64,000 nt of DNA, from the IMG/VR virus record IMGVR_UViG_3300046529_000479. One strand, given 5' to 3'. Shown in pieces: positions 39,980 through 50,546 of this stretch. Below the pieces are notes generated by a model, which saw only the letters and a list, made by a program, of their open reading frames with translations, searched no databases and had not been told where the DNA came from. The translations under genes were made by a program, and so were the position numbers. Every line of letters starts with the position of its first letter. The stretch's first letter is position 1. The stretch comes from an uncultured virus (IMG/VR IMGVR_UViG_3300046529_000479) (lineage: Duplodnaviria > Heunggongvirae > Uroviricota > Caudoviricetes).

Positions 39980-40447
39980 CTAGCTGTTGTAGAGCAGGAT
40001 CTCAGCGTCTGCTCCGACCGTCGCCTGCGTATCCATGGCGAGGCCGACAGCGATACCCGCTGCGATGTTGATGACACGACCAGAAGCGTCGATCTCGACT
40101 TCGCTCCCTGCCGTGATGGCAGCTCCGCACGTGATGGGCAGGATGCCCTCGCGGAGAACGGTGAACATGCCTCCCAGCGGAGCGTCGAAAGCCGCCACGC
40201 CAAGAGCCCGCTTGGCTGCCTGGCCCGCCCCGACGTTCTGGGCCTTGTAGACAGCAGACTTGTCTACAGTCGCGTCGGCCACGAGGCCAGCCCCTTGCTG
40301 GCCCGCCGGCACGTTGCCGGTTGCACCGATGCCACCCGACGTACGAGCACCGGAGATGTAGACGAACCGCTTACCTGTGACGGCCGCTGTGGCCTCACAA
40401 GTAATGGCATCGCCTTCTTCCTTGACTTTGATGCAGTCGTTGGCCAT
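39980..40447 (-). CDS. capsid decoration/cement protein (DUF2190-like)
   Basis: LGVA..DA, GAAITAG.EVE.DA.GR, AVGLA. Confidence 0.7.
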   Translation of the reverse strand: MANDCIKVKEEGDAITCEATAAVTGKRFVYISGARTSGGIGATGNVPAGQQGAGLVADATVDKSAVYKAQNVGAGQAAKRALGVAAFDAPLGGMFTVLREGILPITCGAAITAGSEVEIDASGRVINIAAGIAVGLAMDTQATVGADAEILLYNS

Positions 40448-41976
40448 CAGTTGACCCCTGCCTTGAGCGCCCCACCGTTGCGAGCGTACCGTCCGTCGGA
40501 CTGGACGCTACCTTCGGCATCGGCCTGGGCCATCCGCGCTGCGCGAGCGTGCTCACGCGAGAACCACGGCAGCCCCTCATTGACTTCGTTCTCGACTTCG
40601 TCACCAGCGGCGCTGGATCCCTTGGCCGAGACAGGCACGACTCCTTCCGCGCACTCGCCGATCCACTTGATGGCCGAATCGCGAGTGGCGGGGTTGTCGA
40701 GCTGCATCCGAACCGCTGCAGCGACGGCCGGGGCGAACTTGCCCTTGGCGACCGCATCCCTCATGATGAGGTCGTTCTTGTCCTTGATGTTCTGCTCGTG
40801 CATCGCGCGCGCGAGCTTCGCATCCGCCTGCATCTGCCTGAATGCGCCCGCCTCGACTGTGACAGTCTCCGGCAGAGCTGACTCAGCAGTGGTCTCCTCC
40901 TCCGTGGACTCCTCCTCGCTGGAGTCGTCGTCCTCGGTGTCGTCGTCCTCCTCGGGCTGCTCCTCCTCGCCCGTGGAGGCCTGGAGGATGTCCGTCTCAC
41001 GTAGCTTCGCCTGGATGGCGGCGTTGTCCGCATCCTCGGCGAGGCCCAGCGAGGCACAGAGCTGCTTGCGCTGCTCTGGTGTCATCTGTCCTCCTTCGTT
41101 GGACTCTGGGCGGGAATCCGCCCTACTTGCGAACAAGACACAAGTGTCTTGCCCCTGGCGGCCACCGAGCAGCAAGCCCTCGGTGTAGATCCCAGCCGCC
41201 ACTGACGCGGGAACGTCCTTGTAGTCCACGACCACCGGGACTGGCTCCCCGAACTCGACATTGACACCATCCGCCACCGTGAACGGAACACGGAACAGAT
41301 GACCGCTGTCGTCGTCCACGACCAGCTCATTGGGCTCCAAGCGCATCCCTCGGATCCACCACCAGTAGGTGTCGCCACCCTCGGCTTCCAAGTAGTCGTA
41401 GTACGCAGAACGAACGTCCTCGATATTCATGGCAGCCTCGATCTCTTGCTTGATGGTCACCCCCTCGCCGGTAGACAACAGTTCCAAGTCTTCCAGCGTG
41501 GAGCAACCCGGCCAGACGACGCCGAGTAGAGCTACGCCCGTCAGCACCATCCGGTATTTCTTGCCGGTGACAGTCTCGTGATTCTCGACAAACATAGGCT
41601 GTACGCCGGCACCTGCTTCGACGGAACGGTTGGGGTAGGCGAGAGGGATCAGATTGGCCAGCCAGTCGAAGGTGACATAGTCACCATAGATAGTCTGTCC
41701 GTTGTTGCCAAGTGACATGTTCTCGATCCTGCCCACTGCCGGCTCGCCGTCAAAATCGGGGCTGTCGAAGCGATCATCGCTGTGCCCCAGCTTCATGCGG
41801 GGATCAACAATGGCTGGATCGTCAGTGGCCGCTACCGCATCCGCCAGCATCTCCTCCGAGATCGTGAATCCCTCGGGATGTGTCGAGATGGCATAGTCGA
41901 TCCCTGTACCCACCAACGGCACGCCCTTGAGGCGCGTGTAGGGCGTGCCCTCGATCTTCTCCAGCACCCAGGTCAT
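40447..41976 (-). CDS. prohead protease + scaffold (Mu gpI-like)
   Basis: LGH, PAVG.I, YP.RSVE, LTGVALLG..PG; acidic scaffold-like C-half. Confidence 0.75.
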   Translation of the reverse strand: MTWVLEKIEGTPYTRLKGVPLVGTGIDYAISTHPEGFTISEEMLADAVAATDDPAIVDPRMKLGHSDDRFDSPDFDGEPAVGRIENMSLGNNGQTIYGDYVTFDWLANLIPLAYPNRSVEAGAGVQPMFVENHETVTGKKYRMVLTGVALLGVVWPGCSTLEDLELLSTGEGVTIKQEIEAAMNIEDVRSAYYDYLEAEGGDTYWWWIRGMRLEPNELVVDDDSGHLFRVPFTVADGVNVEFGEPVPVVVDYKDVPASVAAGIYTEGLLLGGRQGQDTCVLFASRADSRPESNEGGQMTPEQRKQLCASLGLAEDADNAAIQAKLRETDILQASTGEEEQPEEDDDTEDDDSSEEESTEEETTAESALPETVTVEAGAFRQMQADAKLARAMHEQNIKDKNDLIMRDAVAKGKFAPAVAAAVRMQLDNPATRDSAIKWIGECAEGVVPVSAKGSSAAGDEVENEVNEGLPWFSREHARAARMAQADAEGSVQSDGRYARNGGALKAGVN

Positions 41977-42171
41977 CTACGGAACCTTCAGTCCCGTGCC
42001 TTTGGACTTCTGCAGCTCCGCATGAAGCATGGCGCCCTCGCGCCCCTTCGTCTCGGGCGGGCCACCCGTCTCTGGGCTATTGGTCTCCCACCTAGCGGTA
42101 GGAATCCTCTGGGAGTTGCCCTTCACTCCCGCCATGTTGCCCGTTGCTCCTTCGATCTTCCCAGCCATCAA
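41977..42171 (-). CDS. small hypothetical protein
   Basis: GAAGGAGG SD. Confidence 0.45.
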   Translation of the reverse strand: MMAGKIEGATGNMAGVKGNSQRIPTARWETNSPETGGPPETKGREGAMLHAELQKSKGTGLKVP

Positions 42172-42253
42172 ACCTCCTTCGGGTTGCTGGGACTAATGGG
42201 CAGAGTCGCTGAGAGCAGCCGGGAGGGAGCGCCCCCGACCGAGTGAACCGCCC

Positions 42254-43669
42254 TCATTGACCCTGCCCACCTTCTGGCTTTGTGCCACTTCCCGGGGCAT
42301 CCTGACCCGATCCCGAACCAAATCCACCACTACCAGGAGGAGGAGTAAGTTCTGATGCTGGAACCGGGTCAGGAGCACCCGCAGCTTTCGGAGGCAGGCC
42401 CGTCTCTCTACGCAAGGCATCCTCCAGATCCCTGTCTACCACGATCGCTCCAGCCGTGATCAGACCGGAGATCTCCGACAGAGCCAGGTCGATGTCCGGT
42501 TTGAAGCCGAGCAGCGGAACCTGCTCGACATCTTCGCCGTAGTTCCAATCCACCCAATCCTCGACCACGTGGCAGTTGAACACGCTCGTGAACCACTGCG
42601 CGATCGAGTCTTGACCTTGAGCAAAGAAGTCATGGAACGTCCGGCCGAGCGCGCGCGACCCGCTTGTGGTCATTCCGAGCTGCATCATCATCAGCAGCCA
42701 GTTACGCGCCATCGACTCGTCGTGATACTTGATCGACTCCACTACGTTCGTATTGCCAGCGCGAGCGATGTTCAGCGCAGCTCCGAACGGAACGGCTCCA
42801 CCTGCCGCCTCGCCGATCTTGAAGTCGCGCGCCATATTGTGGAGCTGCTCGATCTCGCCTGTCGTCGCTCCCGGCTGCGCAGTCACGTACGGCACGCCGC
42901 CGGCACGCTCGTGGTTGATAGCGTCGATCCTGATCAGACGATCCTTCACGACCCAGTTCTTGTAGCAGTCGCGCAACATGCTGCGACCTACCCACGAGCC
43001 GTCTTCCTGCTCCCAGACGTAGCCGACGAGGCGATCAATTGGGATCTCCGGTGCCTGGAGATAACCACCACCAGTCAGATCGAGGCGGCGAATGTTCTGC
43101 CGGATCGAGATCAAGCCACCGTCGTCCGAGACGAGGAACTGATCAATAGTCTTCTGCGGGCGCTCCGCCAGCTTTCGGAGTTGCCACCGCCCATCGGGCA
43201 GACCATCGGTGGGGGAGATCGTACCTAGCTGCTCGAAGTAGGCGAAACCGAACAGAAGCGCCCGCATTGCCAGGCGCTGATGCTCCATGAAGATGAAGCG
43301 ATTCTTGGAGCGACCGCGCAGAGGCTGTTCCAGAAGTTTCTCACCTTCCACAGGCAGGTTGAGATCCTTCTGAAGTTCACGCACCATAGATTCGTCGGCC
43401 CCGTTCGGGACAATAAACCAGTCCCAACGACGGATGGGAAGGGTCGTGCCCTTGTACAGGGCCGACAACTGTGCGTCCGTTCGCATCTGGTTGTAGACGC
43501 CGATCGACATGGGCCACTTCAGCTCTGGAACGTACTCGGACGTGTCGTACCACTGCGTCCACGGCGCCATCCCCGAAGGACTCAGCGTGCCCTGAAGGAC
43601 TACACCAAGAGGATCGGTCGGCGGCGGGCCGATCCGATCTCCGAGCTTCGTTGGTATCGAGTACGACAT
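42254..43669 (-). CDS. portal protein (DUF935 / Mu gp29-like)
   Basis: M..D.Q, GFAYFE, G.S.LR..Y..W..K, GSRALG. Confidence 0.85.
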   Translation of the reverse strand: MSYSIPTKLGDRIGPPPTDPLGVVLQGTLSPSGMAPWTQWYDTSEYVPELKWPMSIGVYNQMRTDAQLSALYKGTTLPIRRWDWFIVPNGADESMVRELQKDLNLPVEGEKLLEQPLRGRSKNRFIFMEHQRLAMRALLFGFAYFEQLGTISPTDGLPDGRWQLRKLAERPQKTIDQFLVSDDGGLISIRQNIRRLDLTGGGYLQAPEIPIDRLVGYVWEQEDGSWVGRSMLRDCYKNWVVKDRLIRIDAINHERAGGVPYVTAQPGATTGEIEQLHNMARDFKIGEAAGGAVPFGAALNIARAGNTNVVESIKYHDESMARNWLLMMMQLGMTTSGSRALGRTFHDFFAQGQDSIAQWFTSVFNCHVVEDWVDWNYGEDVEQVPLLGFKPDIDLALSEISGLITAGAIVVDRDLEDALRRETGLPPKAAGAPDPVPASELTPPPGSGGFGSGSGQDAPGSGTKPEGGQGQ

Positions 43670-43863
43670 TACAACAGCCCTTTCTGAAGTGCGATCCAGA
43701 TGGCGTTGACTGTGTTCTTCGCTCCGAGCTTACGTCTCGCCGATCGAAGCAGACTCTTGACGGTGTCCTCCGGCCAGCCGGTTGCTCGACCGATTTCCTT
43801 GGCTGTGTGTCCGTTTGCAGTCAAGAACAAGACCTGGTACTCGGCTGGTTCGAGCAAGGGCAT
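43669..43863 (-). CDS. stand-alone LuxR/GerE-type HTH protein
   Basis: L...E.QVL.L.A.G.T.KEI......TVK......RKLG..N......A...GLL. Confidence 0.8.
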   Translation of the reverse strand: MPLLEPAEYQVLFLTANGHTAKEIGRATGWPEDTVKSLLRSARRKLGAKNTVNAIWIALQKGLL

Positions 43864-43867
43864 CGCA

Positions 43868-44689
43868 TCACAAGACTGAGTAGGCTCGAATCCCTGCGAT
43901 CGCTCCCGGGCCACGATGAATTGAGCTCCACCACTCGGGGGCCTGTTCGCTGCCCATCGAGGCCACCTGCGTCGGAGACTTGATGGCCGAGATGTGATGC
44001 GTGCTCCAGACGCTGCTGCCGTAGATGACGCCCAGATAGTGCGTTAGCATGTACTGTGGGATCTGCGACTCCGAGATCGGGATGCCGCAGCGGATGAGGG
44101 AGTCCGTATTGCCGTAGCCGCTGAAACCGTAGGCGATGTCGGGCGACTTCGCACCACCGAGGAACGCGCAGTAGATGAATGTCGATGAGCAGTCTTCGTA
44201 GTACGGCAGCAACGGAGGCTCGTGCTTCGCCGCTAGCTGTCCCATCGGTCGAGTCTGCGCGTAATGGATCGAACCCTTGTGCGCGATCATCCACTGCCAC
44301 CATTTCCAGACGTCAGCGACGATCGCTTTCTGCTTGTCCACGACGTTGCTGGTGCTGGCGCCGCTGTAGAGCACCTGGGCATGTCCATCCCAGATGTACT
44401 CGCCAGCATGTAGTTGTCCGCCCGGCACCTTGAAGGGCAGAGACTTGGAGTGTGTGACAGGCCCGTACACACCGTCGGCGTTGATCTTGAGTAGACGCTG
44501 TAGGCCCTTGATCCCGCTCGTGTTCTTCGTCTTGCCCCGGCCGTTCATGAATTCCTTGTGGGCTATGTTGTCGAACTCTGCCCAGGGCCAGCATCCTGCG
44601 CGACTAGCACAGATCTTGAGGGCGATGACGTCGTTCCCCTTCATGCCCTCTTTGACCATCCTGTTGAACTTGACGTTTGGTACTGCCAC
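43868..44689 (-). CDS. endolysin candidate: peptidoglycan-binding domain + NlpC/P60-like peptidase
   Basis: LQRLL...ADGVYGPVT; DCSS...HHI catalytic Cys/His. Confidence 0.65.
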   Translation of the reverse strand: MAVPNVKFNRMVKEGMKGNDVIALKICASRAGCWPWAEFDNIAHKEFMNGRGKTKNTSGIKGLQRLLKINADGVYGPVTHSKSLPFKVPGGQLHAGEYIWDGHAQVLYSGASTSNVVDKQKAIVADVWKWWQWMIAHKGSIHYAQTRPMGQLAAKHEPPLLPYYEDCSSTFIYCAFLGGAKSPDIAYGFSGYGNTDSLIRCGIPISESQIPQYMLTHYLGVIYGSSVWSTHHISAIKSPTQVASMGSEQAPEWWSSIHRGPGAIAGIRAYSVL

Positions 44690-44698
44690 GCTCCCTCC

Positions 44699-46192
44699 CT
44701 ACATCGCCTTGGCCAGCAACGTGCCGGCGATAGTCTCAGTGTTCATGCGTAGGATCGTGCTTGCCTCGACGGTGCACATCGCTGCCGCATCCGCCCGGTT
44801 AGGTGAGGACACCCCGCGCTTCTTGGCGTCCTCCTTGGTCTCGATACAAATGCGCCCCGAGAGGTCGATGAACCACTTGACGGTCTGCAGCTCGTCAGAT
44901 AGCTGCGTGTCGAGCGGGTCTAGGTCGATCAACCCTTCTTCCATCAAGTTGCGGAATGTCCACCACATCTCGGAGCGACGGTTGTTGAACTTCTGCGGAT
45001 TCAGGGCGCGACCCGATCCCTCGAAGTTACCCACCTCACAGCCGCGCTGACGCAGCCGGTCGTAGACGCCGGCACCCAGGCCGATCCCGTCCACGTTCAT
45101 GGGCACCATCAGAGGGAAGTGGCGGCTCAGGTATTTGAATGCCCGATCGGCACTCTGCATCGTGTCTTGCTTCGCCCAGCTGTCTACGTGCCGCACCTGA
45201 CCGCCACGATTGCGATAGATCGCTGTCATGTCGTCGCCCATACGGGCTACGTCCATCCCGTAACGCCCGTGAGCGAATCCGGGCAGGTCGATGGCGTGGG
45301 CGCGCACAAGCATCGACGGCGTGATCAGGTAGTCATCACTGACGTCGGGGAACTCGCCCTCCACCTTGGAGATCCACAGATTACTGCCTTCACCCCAGTC
45401 GCGACGGCGCTCGTCCACCCACGCTGGACTGGTTAGCTGGGACATGACCTCCTGCGGACAAGCCTCGCCGGTGAAGGCAGGTGTGTCGAACGCCGATATG
45501 CGGACTACGTTCCAGTCCGTCCCGGGCTTGCAGTTCATTGCGAACTCCGAGCCCGGGTCGTCTGGGTTGCCGATCGCGAGAACACGACACTCGTCGTTGG
45601 TCACGATCGACTTCACGGCGTCCCAGAGAGCTTTAGGAATGCCACACGCCTCGTCCATGATGACTAGAACGTATTGCGCATGGATCCCTTGGAACGCCTG
45701 CTCATCGTAGTCCTGCGGCTTGCGGCCCATGGCCACAATCTCTTCACCCGATCGGCCCTCGCCCATGTGCCACATACATTCCAGCGTGATCCTCCCAAAC
45801 AGGTTAGCCTGTCTGTGAGTGCGGCGTATCTCACGCCATAGAATGGTCTGCACCTGTGGCCACGAGGGCGCAGTTGTGACTACAAAGGCGGAACCGAGCG
45901 GGTGAACAGATGGGTCGAGCCACCAAGACGCGATCTTGCCAGCGATGTAACTCTTGCCCGGGCCGTGGCAAGCTTTCACGGCCGTATACTTGTTGGCTAC
46001 CGTCGATACACAGATCTCCTCCTGCTTGCTCCAGACATGAGCCCCACAGCGGTCGCGGATCCACGCTGCCGCATTCGAGCGGTAGATGCTTGGCTTCGGG
46101 TACATGTAGCGCAGCACCGCGTCTGCGGTGCCGGCTGGAAGCGAGATCCTACCGAGATCGGCAGGGTTGAGGAGTTCATTCAGGCTACTAAT
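44699..46192 (-). CDS. terL: terminase large subunit (probable ATT start at 46192; ORF track starts at 46117)
   Basis: HGPGKS Walker A, VIMDEA Walker B, GNP, GMDVAR RNase H domain, SPNRADA. Confidence 0.92.
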   Translation of the reverse strand: MSSLNELLNPADLGRISLPAGTADAVLRYMYPKPSIYRSNAAAWIRDRCGAHVWSKQEEICVSTVANKYTAVKACHGPGKSYIAGKIASWWLDPSVHPLGSAFVVTTAPSWPQVQTILWREIRRTHRQANLFGRITLECMWHMGEGRSGEEIVAMGRKPQDYDEQAFQGIHAQYVLVIMDEACGIPKALWDAVKSIVTNDECRVLAIGNPDDPGSEFAMNCKPGTDWNVVRISAFDTPAFTGEACPQEVMSQLTSPAWVDERRRDWGEGSNLWISKVEGEFPDVSDDYLITPSMLVRAHAIDLPGFAHGRYGMDVARMGDDMTAIYRNRGGQVRHVDSWAKQDTMQSADRAFKYLSRHFPLMVPMNVDGIGLGAGVYDRLRQRGCEVGNFEGSGRALNPQKFNNRRSEMWWTFRNLMEEGLIDLDPLDTQLSDELQTVKWFIDLSGRICIETKEDAKKRGVSSPNRADAAAMCTVEASTILRMNTETIAGTLLAKAM

Positions 46193-46965
46193 TGTTTTAC
46201 CTCCTCAGCCTGCCCCTCGATCGTCAAGCGCGCTAGCTCGTCACCGATCGGCTTGTTGCCTTCCAGAGCGACTAGATGCTTGCGCACTATCCCGGGCGCT
46301 CGCTGCAGTTGGTCGTCTGTCAGTTTCAGGTCGTCAAGGACTCCCATGATGAACCTCGACAGGGCGACACCGTACATCTCGGCCATCTTGATGGCGCGTT
46401 CCGCCAGACCGAGTTTGATCGCATCATTCCCCATCTTGTAGAGCAGACCCACGCGATCTCGCCGCTCCCGCACGTAAAGGTGCATTTGCTTGCCGAGCAC
46501 GGTGTTTTCGTGCCAGTCCTTCTCATCGATCTCGGCTATCTGCTCCGAGAGCCATTTGACCTCCCCTGCCGTGATCCTGATCGACCAGATGATGGCCTCG
46601 ACCGGGTTCATGTCGATCGGAGCGCCCATGAGCCGAGCGCGCTCCACGATCACACTTCTGTGGTGGGCAGGAGAGTTACCACCATGATACTTACATCGCC
46701 CGATCTGCGGGTGGTCGGTTCCATATCCCGCCGGCAGCGAACAGCGGCCCACCCCGTCCCTTTTCTTGGCGTCACACTTACCACCAAGGGCATGAGCAGC
46801 TTGAACCTCGAAGCCTGGCTGCTTGCCGTCGGCTAGCCGCCTGCGCTTCTTCCTCAGCTTGGTGTCGAGGCCGCCATTAGCGACAGCTTTGGTTGCTCCC
46901 TTCCGAGGACGAGAGCCGGGGCCGCGTCGCGGCTCGGGTGGTGGATTGTGGCCGCCTCTCGGCAT
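46180..46965 (-). CDS. terS: terminase small subunit
   Basis: C.AK.R.G..C...G.GRCKYHGG motif, immediately upstream of terL. Confidence 0.7.
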   Translation of the reverse strand: MPRGGHNPPPEPRRGPGSRPRKGATKAVANGGLDTKLRKKRRRLADGKQPGFEVQAAHALGGKCDAKKRDGVGRCSLPAGYGTDHPQIGRCKYHGGNSPAHHRSVIVERARLMGAPIDMNPVEAIIWSIRITAGEVKWLSEQIAEIDEKDWHENTVLGKQMHLYVRERRDRVGLLYKMGNDAIKLGLAERAIKMAEMYGVALSRFIMGVLDDLKLTDDQLQRAPGIVRKHLVALEGNKPIGDELARLTIEGQAEEVKQLVA

Positions 46966-47224
46966 CAGATCGGCCTCTCTGGCGGACGAGCCTGGTACTT
47001 GATATCACTGGTATGGAGGAAATCGTGCCACCAGTCCAAGTCGGGCGTCCACTCGTACGTGCCTGTTGGCGAGTACGCCTGCTCGACGCCGACGGCAATG
47101 GGCTCGTAGTCCGGTGGACGCACGACCACGGGCGGGTGAGGCATGACGGTGATACCTGGGTAGTACACGAGCGCGATCCTACCCTGGATCGCGGCTGGTC
47201 GTCGTAAACGGCTTGGATGCTGGG

Positions 47225-47803
47225 CTAGCGGGCGGTCGCGCGTGCGCGCGTACGCGCGAGGGAGCGCCGGGAGTCCATCAACAGTGCTACCCTCAATGCG
47301 ACATGCTTCCAAGCCGAACGCTCGTGTTGATGGCCTCGACTCCAGACGCCCCAATCCTTGAGACGCTCCTTCCGGGCAAAGCTGGAGGCTTGAGCGGGTG
47401 TTTGCCACCAGACGGAGACGGGCGGAACCAGGCCACAGTTCCAGCGCTCGTGCTCATGAGCCGATCCGAGCCGGTAATAGTAGATTCCTTGGCCAATAGT
47501 GGCTGCAAGTAGCGGTTCTCTGCCCGGAGGCGTGTTTGGGCCCAAAATGAAGTCCTCTATCACCATATAGCACTTCTCTGGCGGGATTCCCAGCCCGTTC
47601 ACCCACGTATGGTAGGTTCGGCGCCAGAGTCTGGCAATATCGACCACTTGCTGCCTCGGAGCACCAGTATACGTCCTCTGCCCCGCTGCCCACTTGCCGT
47701 CAATGGCCTCTTTCACTGTTTTGGCTTCTTCGTGGAACACTGCCCAGGCTACGCCGGTGGATCCGCCCGGATCAATGGCCATTATCGCATAAAGTCCGTC
47801 CAT
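47225..47803 (-). CDS. RuvC-like Holliday junction resolvase
   Basis: MAIDPGGSTG, VIEDF, H.RSA..H. Confidence 0.6.
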   Translation of the reverse strand: MDGLYAIMAIDPGGSTGVAWAVFHEEAKTVKEAIDGKWAAGQRTYTGAPRQQVVDIARLWRRTYHTWVNGLGIPPEKCYMVIEDFILGPNTPPGREPLLAATIGQGIYYYRLGSAHEHERWNCGLVPPVSVWWQTPAQASSFARKERLKDWGVWSRGHQHERSAWKHVALRVALLMDSRRSLARTRARATAR

Positions 47804-47818
47804 GGGACGCTCCTCCCA

Positions 47819-48100
47819 CTATTTGCTGATGCCTATGACCTCGAACTCGAATGGCAATCCTGGAACGCGAGTCGGTCGGATGCCGAACTCCGACATGATG
47901 CAACCCGCATCCACCAAGATCAGTAGCTCGTACTCGGCCAAATGGGGGTTTTCAGGATGAACATGTTTCTGCCCGCAGACGCAGAGCGGCAACTCATTCA
48001 CGATCTCGACAGCAACGCGGATCGTCTCGCGCTGATATCTGGTCAGGTGATCTATCATCATAGCCGGACGGGCGGTGACAGCTCCCGAATCTGCCGCCAC
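47819..48100 (-). CDS. hypothetical protein
   Basis: ORF in operon orientation; CVCG..H.H. Confidence 0.4.
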   Translation of the reverse strand: MAADSGAVTARPAMMIDHLTRYQRETIRVAVEIVNELPLCVCGQKHVHPENPHLAEYELLILVDAGCIMSEFGIRPTRVPGLPFEFEVIGISK

Positions 48101-48168
48101 CGCCCGCGTGGAGGGTCAAGCGTTTCGGACTCTACCTGAATCCATCCTCCGAGGCTTGCTGACTTCTG

Positions 48169-48858
48169 CTACTGCTGGACGACGACCTCGATCGTGAAGT
48201 CGTTTTGGTGGCAAGTCGCTGGCGGCGACATCTTCATTGTACCGCTCGACTTGTTCACGCAGAACTTGACTTCGCCGTTGCCGAGATCCTTGTCATCCTT
48301 GTCCCCCGGGCCTGGCGGGCCTGTTGGGCCTCGTGGGCCTGTTGGCCCCTTGGGCCCTGTCGGGCCTTTCATGCCAGTCGGGCCTTTGGGCCCAGTAGCA
48401 CCCTTCGGGCCAGGAGCCCCTGTTGGGCCTTTTGGCCCCGGATCGCCCTTGTCACCCTTGAGGCCGGTTGGCCCCTTGGGGCCTGTTGCCCCCTTCGGGC
48501 CTGGAGCGCCAGTAGCACCCTTCGGCCCTGGTGGCCCAGTTGGGCCCTTGGGCCCAGTCGTACCCTTGGGGCCTTTCGGGCCAGTGGGGCCTGGCTTACC
48601 AGTTGGCCCTGTTGCTCCCTTGGGGCCAGTCGGGCCGGTGGGCCCTGTCTGGTTCCACGAGACTGGCGCCTCATAAAAGCGGCACAACTCGCCAACGTCG
48701 AAGTTGACCAGACGCAAGACGCCCTTGTCTGTCGTCTCGTTGTGCAGCGCGTAGCAGCCATGGAACACGCCGTTGCTGCTCGGGATACTGGCGTTGACTG
48801 TGGTCGCGATCCCGAATGTAGCACCGGCCACGGCTAAAGCCACAATTATCTTTCGCAT
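48169..48858 (-). CDS. secreted collagen-like protein
   Basis: signal peptide after AAAGGAGG; long uninterrupted Gly-X-Y run (GPT/GPK/GAT); Cys-containing flanking domains. Confidence 0.8.
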   Translation of the reverse strand: MRKIIVALAVAGATFGIATTVNASIPSSNGVFHGCYALHNETTDKGVLRLVNFDVGELCRFYEAPVSWNQTGPTGPTGPKGATGPTGKPGPTGPKGPKGTTGPKGPTGPPGPKGATGAPGPKGATGPKGPTGLKGDKGDPGPKGPTGAPGPKGATGPKGPTGMKGPTGPKGPTGPRGPTGPPGPGDKDDKDLGNGEVKFCVNKSSGTMKMSPPATCHQNDFTIEVVVQQ

Positions 48859-48875
48859 CCGTCCTCCTTTCATTG

Positions 48876-49937
48876 TCAGATACTAGCGAATACGCCCCAC
48901 TCGCCATTGGCCTCCACCAGCTCGCCGTCCCAGACACCATAATGCGGCGTGTAGTCTCGGAGCCAAGCACGGTGAGCCTCTAGCGGCGGGCACGTCTCGG
49001 CGTTCGGCATGACCACCGGAATGTGCCAGCGTCCCTTCGCCTCGGGCAGATGCCTGAACCCGCTGCTGACCTTGGCAGTTGAACGCCAATAGACGAAGTT
49101 CTCGCCGGTGTCCGGCGTCATCGGGTTGTCGGCTTTGTGGTAGTCCTGCCCCACGAAGTCGAAGTGGTCACCCCACCTTTGCGCAACTGCCGGTGGTGAG
49201 AGGCCGTCGAGGGACTGGTCAATTGCTCCGGTGGCAATCACCCCCAGTGGTAGATTGGGAAACTCCTTGACGAGCTTCTCGGGCAGCATCTGATCCTGGC
49301 ATCGACCCTCGATATCAGCCAGAATCCCGTCCATTGGCAGAACTGACTTGACCATGGCCTGGACAGTGGCCCAGTTAACGTAGTCCATCCGGCCCCAGGC
49401 CCCAATTCGCAGACCTGCCGCTTTGCCTGCCTTGTAGAGGGCTCGGGCGTTCTCTGCCCAGTCTGGGTCAGGTGTATCTCCGCCAATCTGGCAGATAATC
49501 GCCTGGCATTTTGCTCCTTTGGCCCTGGCGATCAGCTGGTCGATCGTCCAGACGCCGTCGTCCTTGCGCAGTCCATGGCTGGTATGGACGTGCTTGACCA
49601 CCCACGGCGTGTTCTTCCACTTGGACGGTGGCAGAGTAGGCTGGATTGGTGGCTTCTGCGGTGGTGGCGTGCTGTGCAACTTGATGTACTGGGTGAGTAC
49701 GTCCCAATACATCTTGTCAGGCACAGATTTCCAGATGTCCTTCGGGCGCGTCTGCGGATTCTTGCCAGCAGCGATCCACAACGCCCATTTCTGGAACTTG
49801 TTCAGCTCCCTGTCCACCGGACTGCCCGCCATGATGTGGGGCACGTCACTGGGACGTTTTCTCAATCCGAGCTTCAACTCCAGAGCTTCCTTGCGGAGTC
49901 TCCTGTCGGCCCACCACTTGGGCATGACAGTGGCCAT
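48876..49937 (-). CDS. putative glycoside hydrolase-like (TIM barrel) protein
   Basis: basic N-domain, Pro linker, A..AGL.IGAWG...GILADIE pattern. Confidence 0.35.
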   Translation of the reverse strand: MATVMPKWWADRRLRKEALELKLGLRKRPSDVPHIMAGSPVDRELNKFQKWALWIAAGKNPQTRPKDIWKSVPDKMYWDVLTQYIKLHSTPPPQKPPIQPTLPPSKWKNTPWVVKHVHTSHGLRKDDGVWTIDQLIARAKGAKCQAIICQIGGDTPDPDWAENARALYKAGKAAGLRIGAWGRMDYVNWATVQAMVKSVLPMDGILADIEGRCQDQMLPEKLVKEFPNLPLGVIATGAIDQSLDGLSPPAVAQRWGDHFDFVGQDYHKADNPMTPDTGENFVYWRSTAKVSSGFRHLPEAKGRWHIPVVMPNAETCPPLEAHRAWLRDYTPHYGVWDGELVEANGEWGVFASI

Positions 49938-49940
49938 TGC

Positions 49941-50063
49941 CTACTTCCGCTTTCTTGATCGGGCTGGCAAGCGCCCTTTGTTGTTGAAATGGTGCTTCTT
50001 CGCCCACTTGGCGCCCTTGACGCCATAAGCCCAGCGACGCTGGGCCTGGGATCGAGCTGGCAT
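49941..50063 (-). CDS. 40-aa basic peptide (MPARSQAQRRWAY...)
   Basis: AAGGAGG SD; very basic. Confidence 0.55.
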   Translation of the reverse strand: MPARSQAQRRWAYGVKGAKWAKKHHFNNKGRLPARSRKRK

Positions 50064-50146
50064 GATGCCTCCTTGAGGTTTGCGGGGGCGCGCATTCCCC
50101 TCCCGCCATATCGCGCGCCCCCACATTTGTGACAGTTGTGCTGCGC

Positions 50147-50491
50147 CTACAGAGGGTTGACCTCCGGCGCGTTGGGGTCGGTCGCCGGGTCGGCCGGAGC
50201 TGCCGGCGGGTTCAGCACGGCGTCGGCTGCCTCCTTGCTGGCTTCGAGGGACGCGGAGGCGTCCTTGACGGCCTGGATCTCGTCGGACAGATCCGCCGTC
50301 ACGCCCACGGCGTCGATCTTGGCGATGAGAGCCGTGACAGCATCTGCGTTTGCTGTCGCGTCGGCGACAAGGTTCTGGATCGCGGTGTTGAGTTCGTCCA
50401 TCTGTGTGCTCATATTGTGCATATCCTTCCTGATTTGGCGGAGCTGTCGCTCGATGGAGTCGAGCCCGTCGATGTGAGTATGCCAATGCAT
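50147..50491 (-). CDS. hypothetical coiled-coil protein
   Basis: Ala/Asp-rich heptads. Confidence 0.55.
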   Translation of the reverse strand: MHWHTHIDGLDSIERQLRQIRKDMHNMSTQMDELNTAIQNLVADATANADAVTALIAKIDAVGVTADLSDEIQAVKDASASLEASKEAADAVLNPPAAPADPATDPNAPEVNPL

Positions 50492-50546
50492 TCTGTCGAG
50501 GACTCTCGTGTCTACTCCTTTCCTGGGAGGGGGCGGGGATCGGAGC

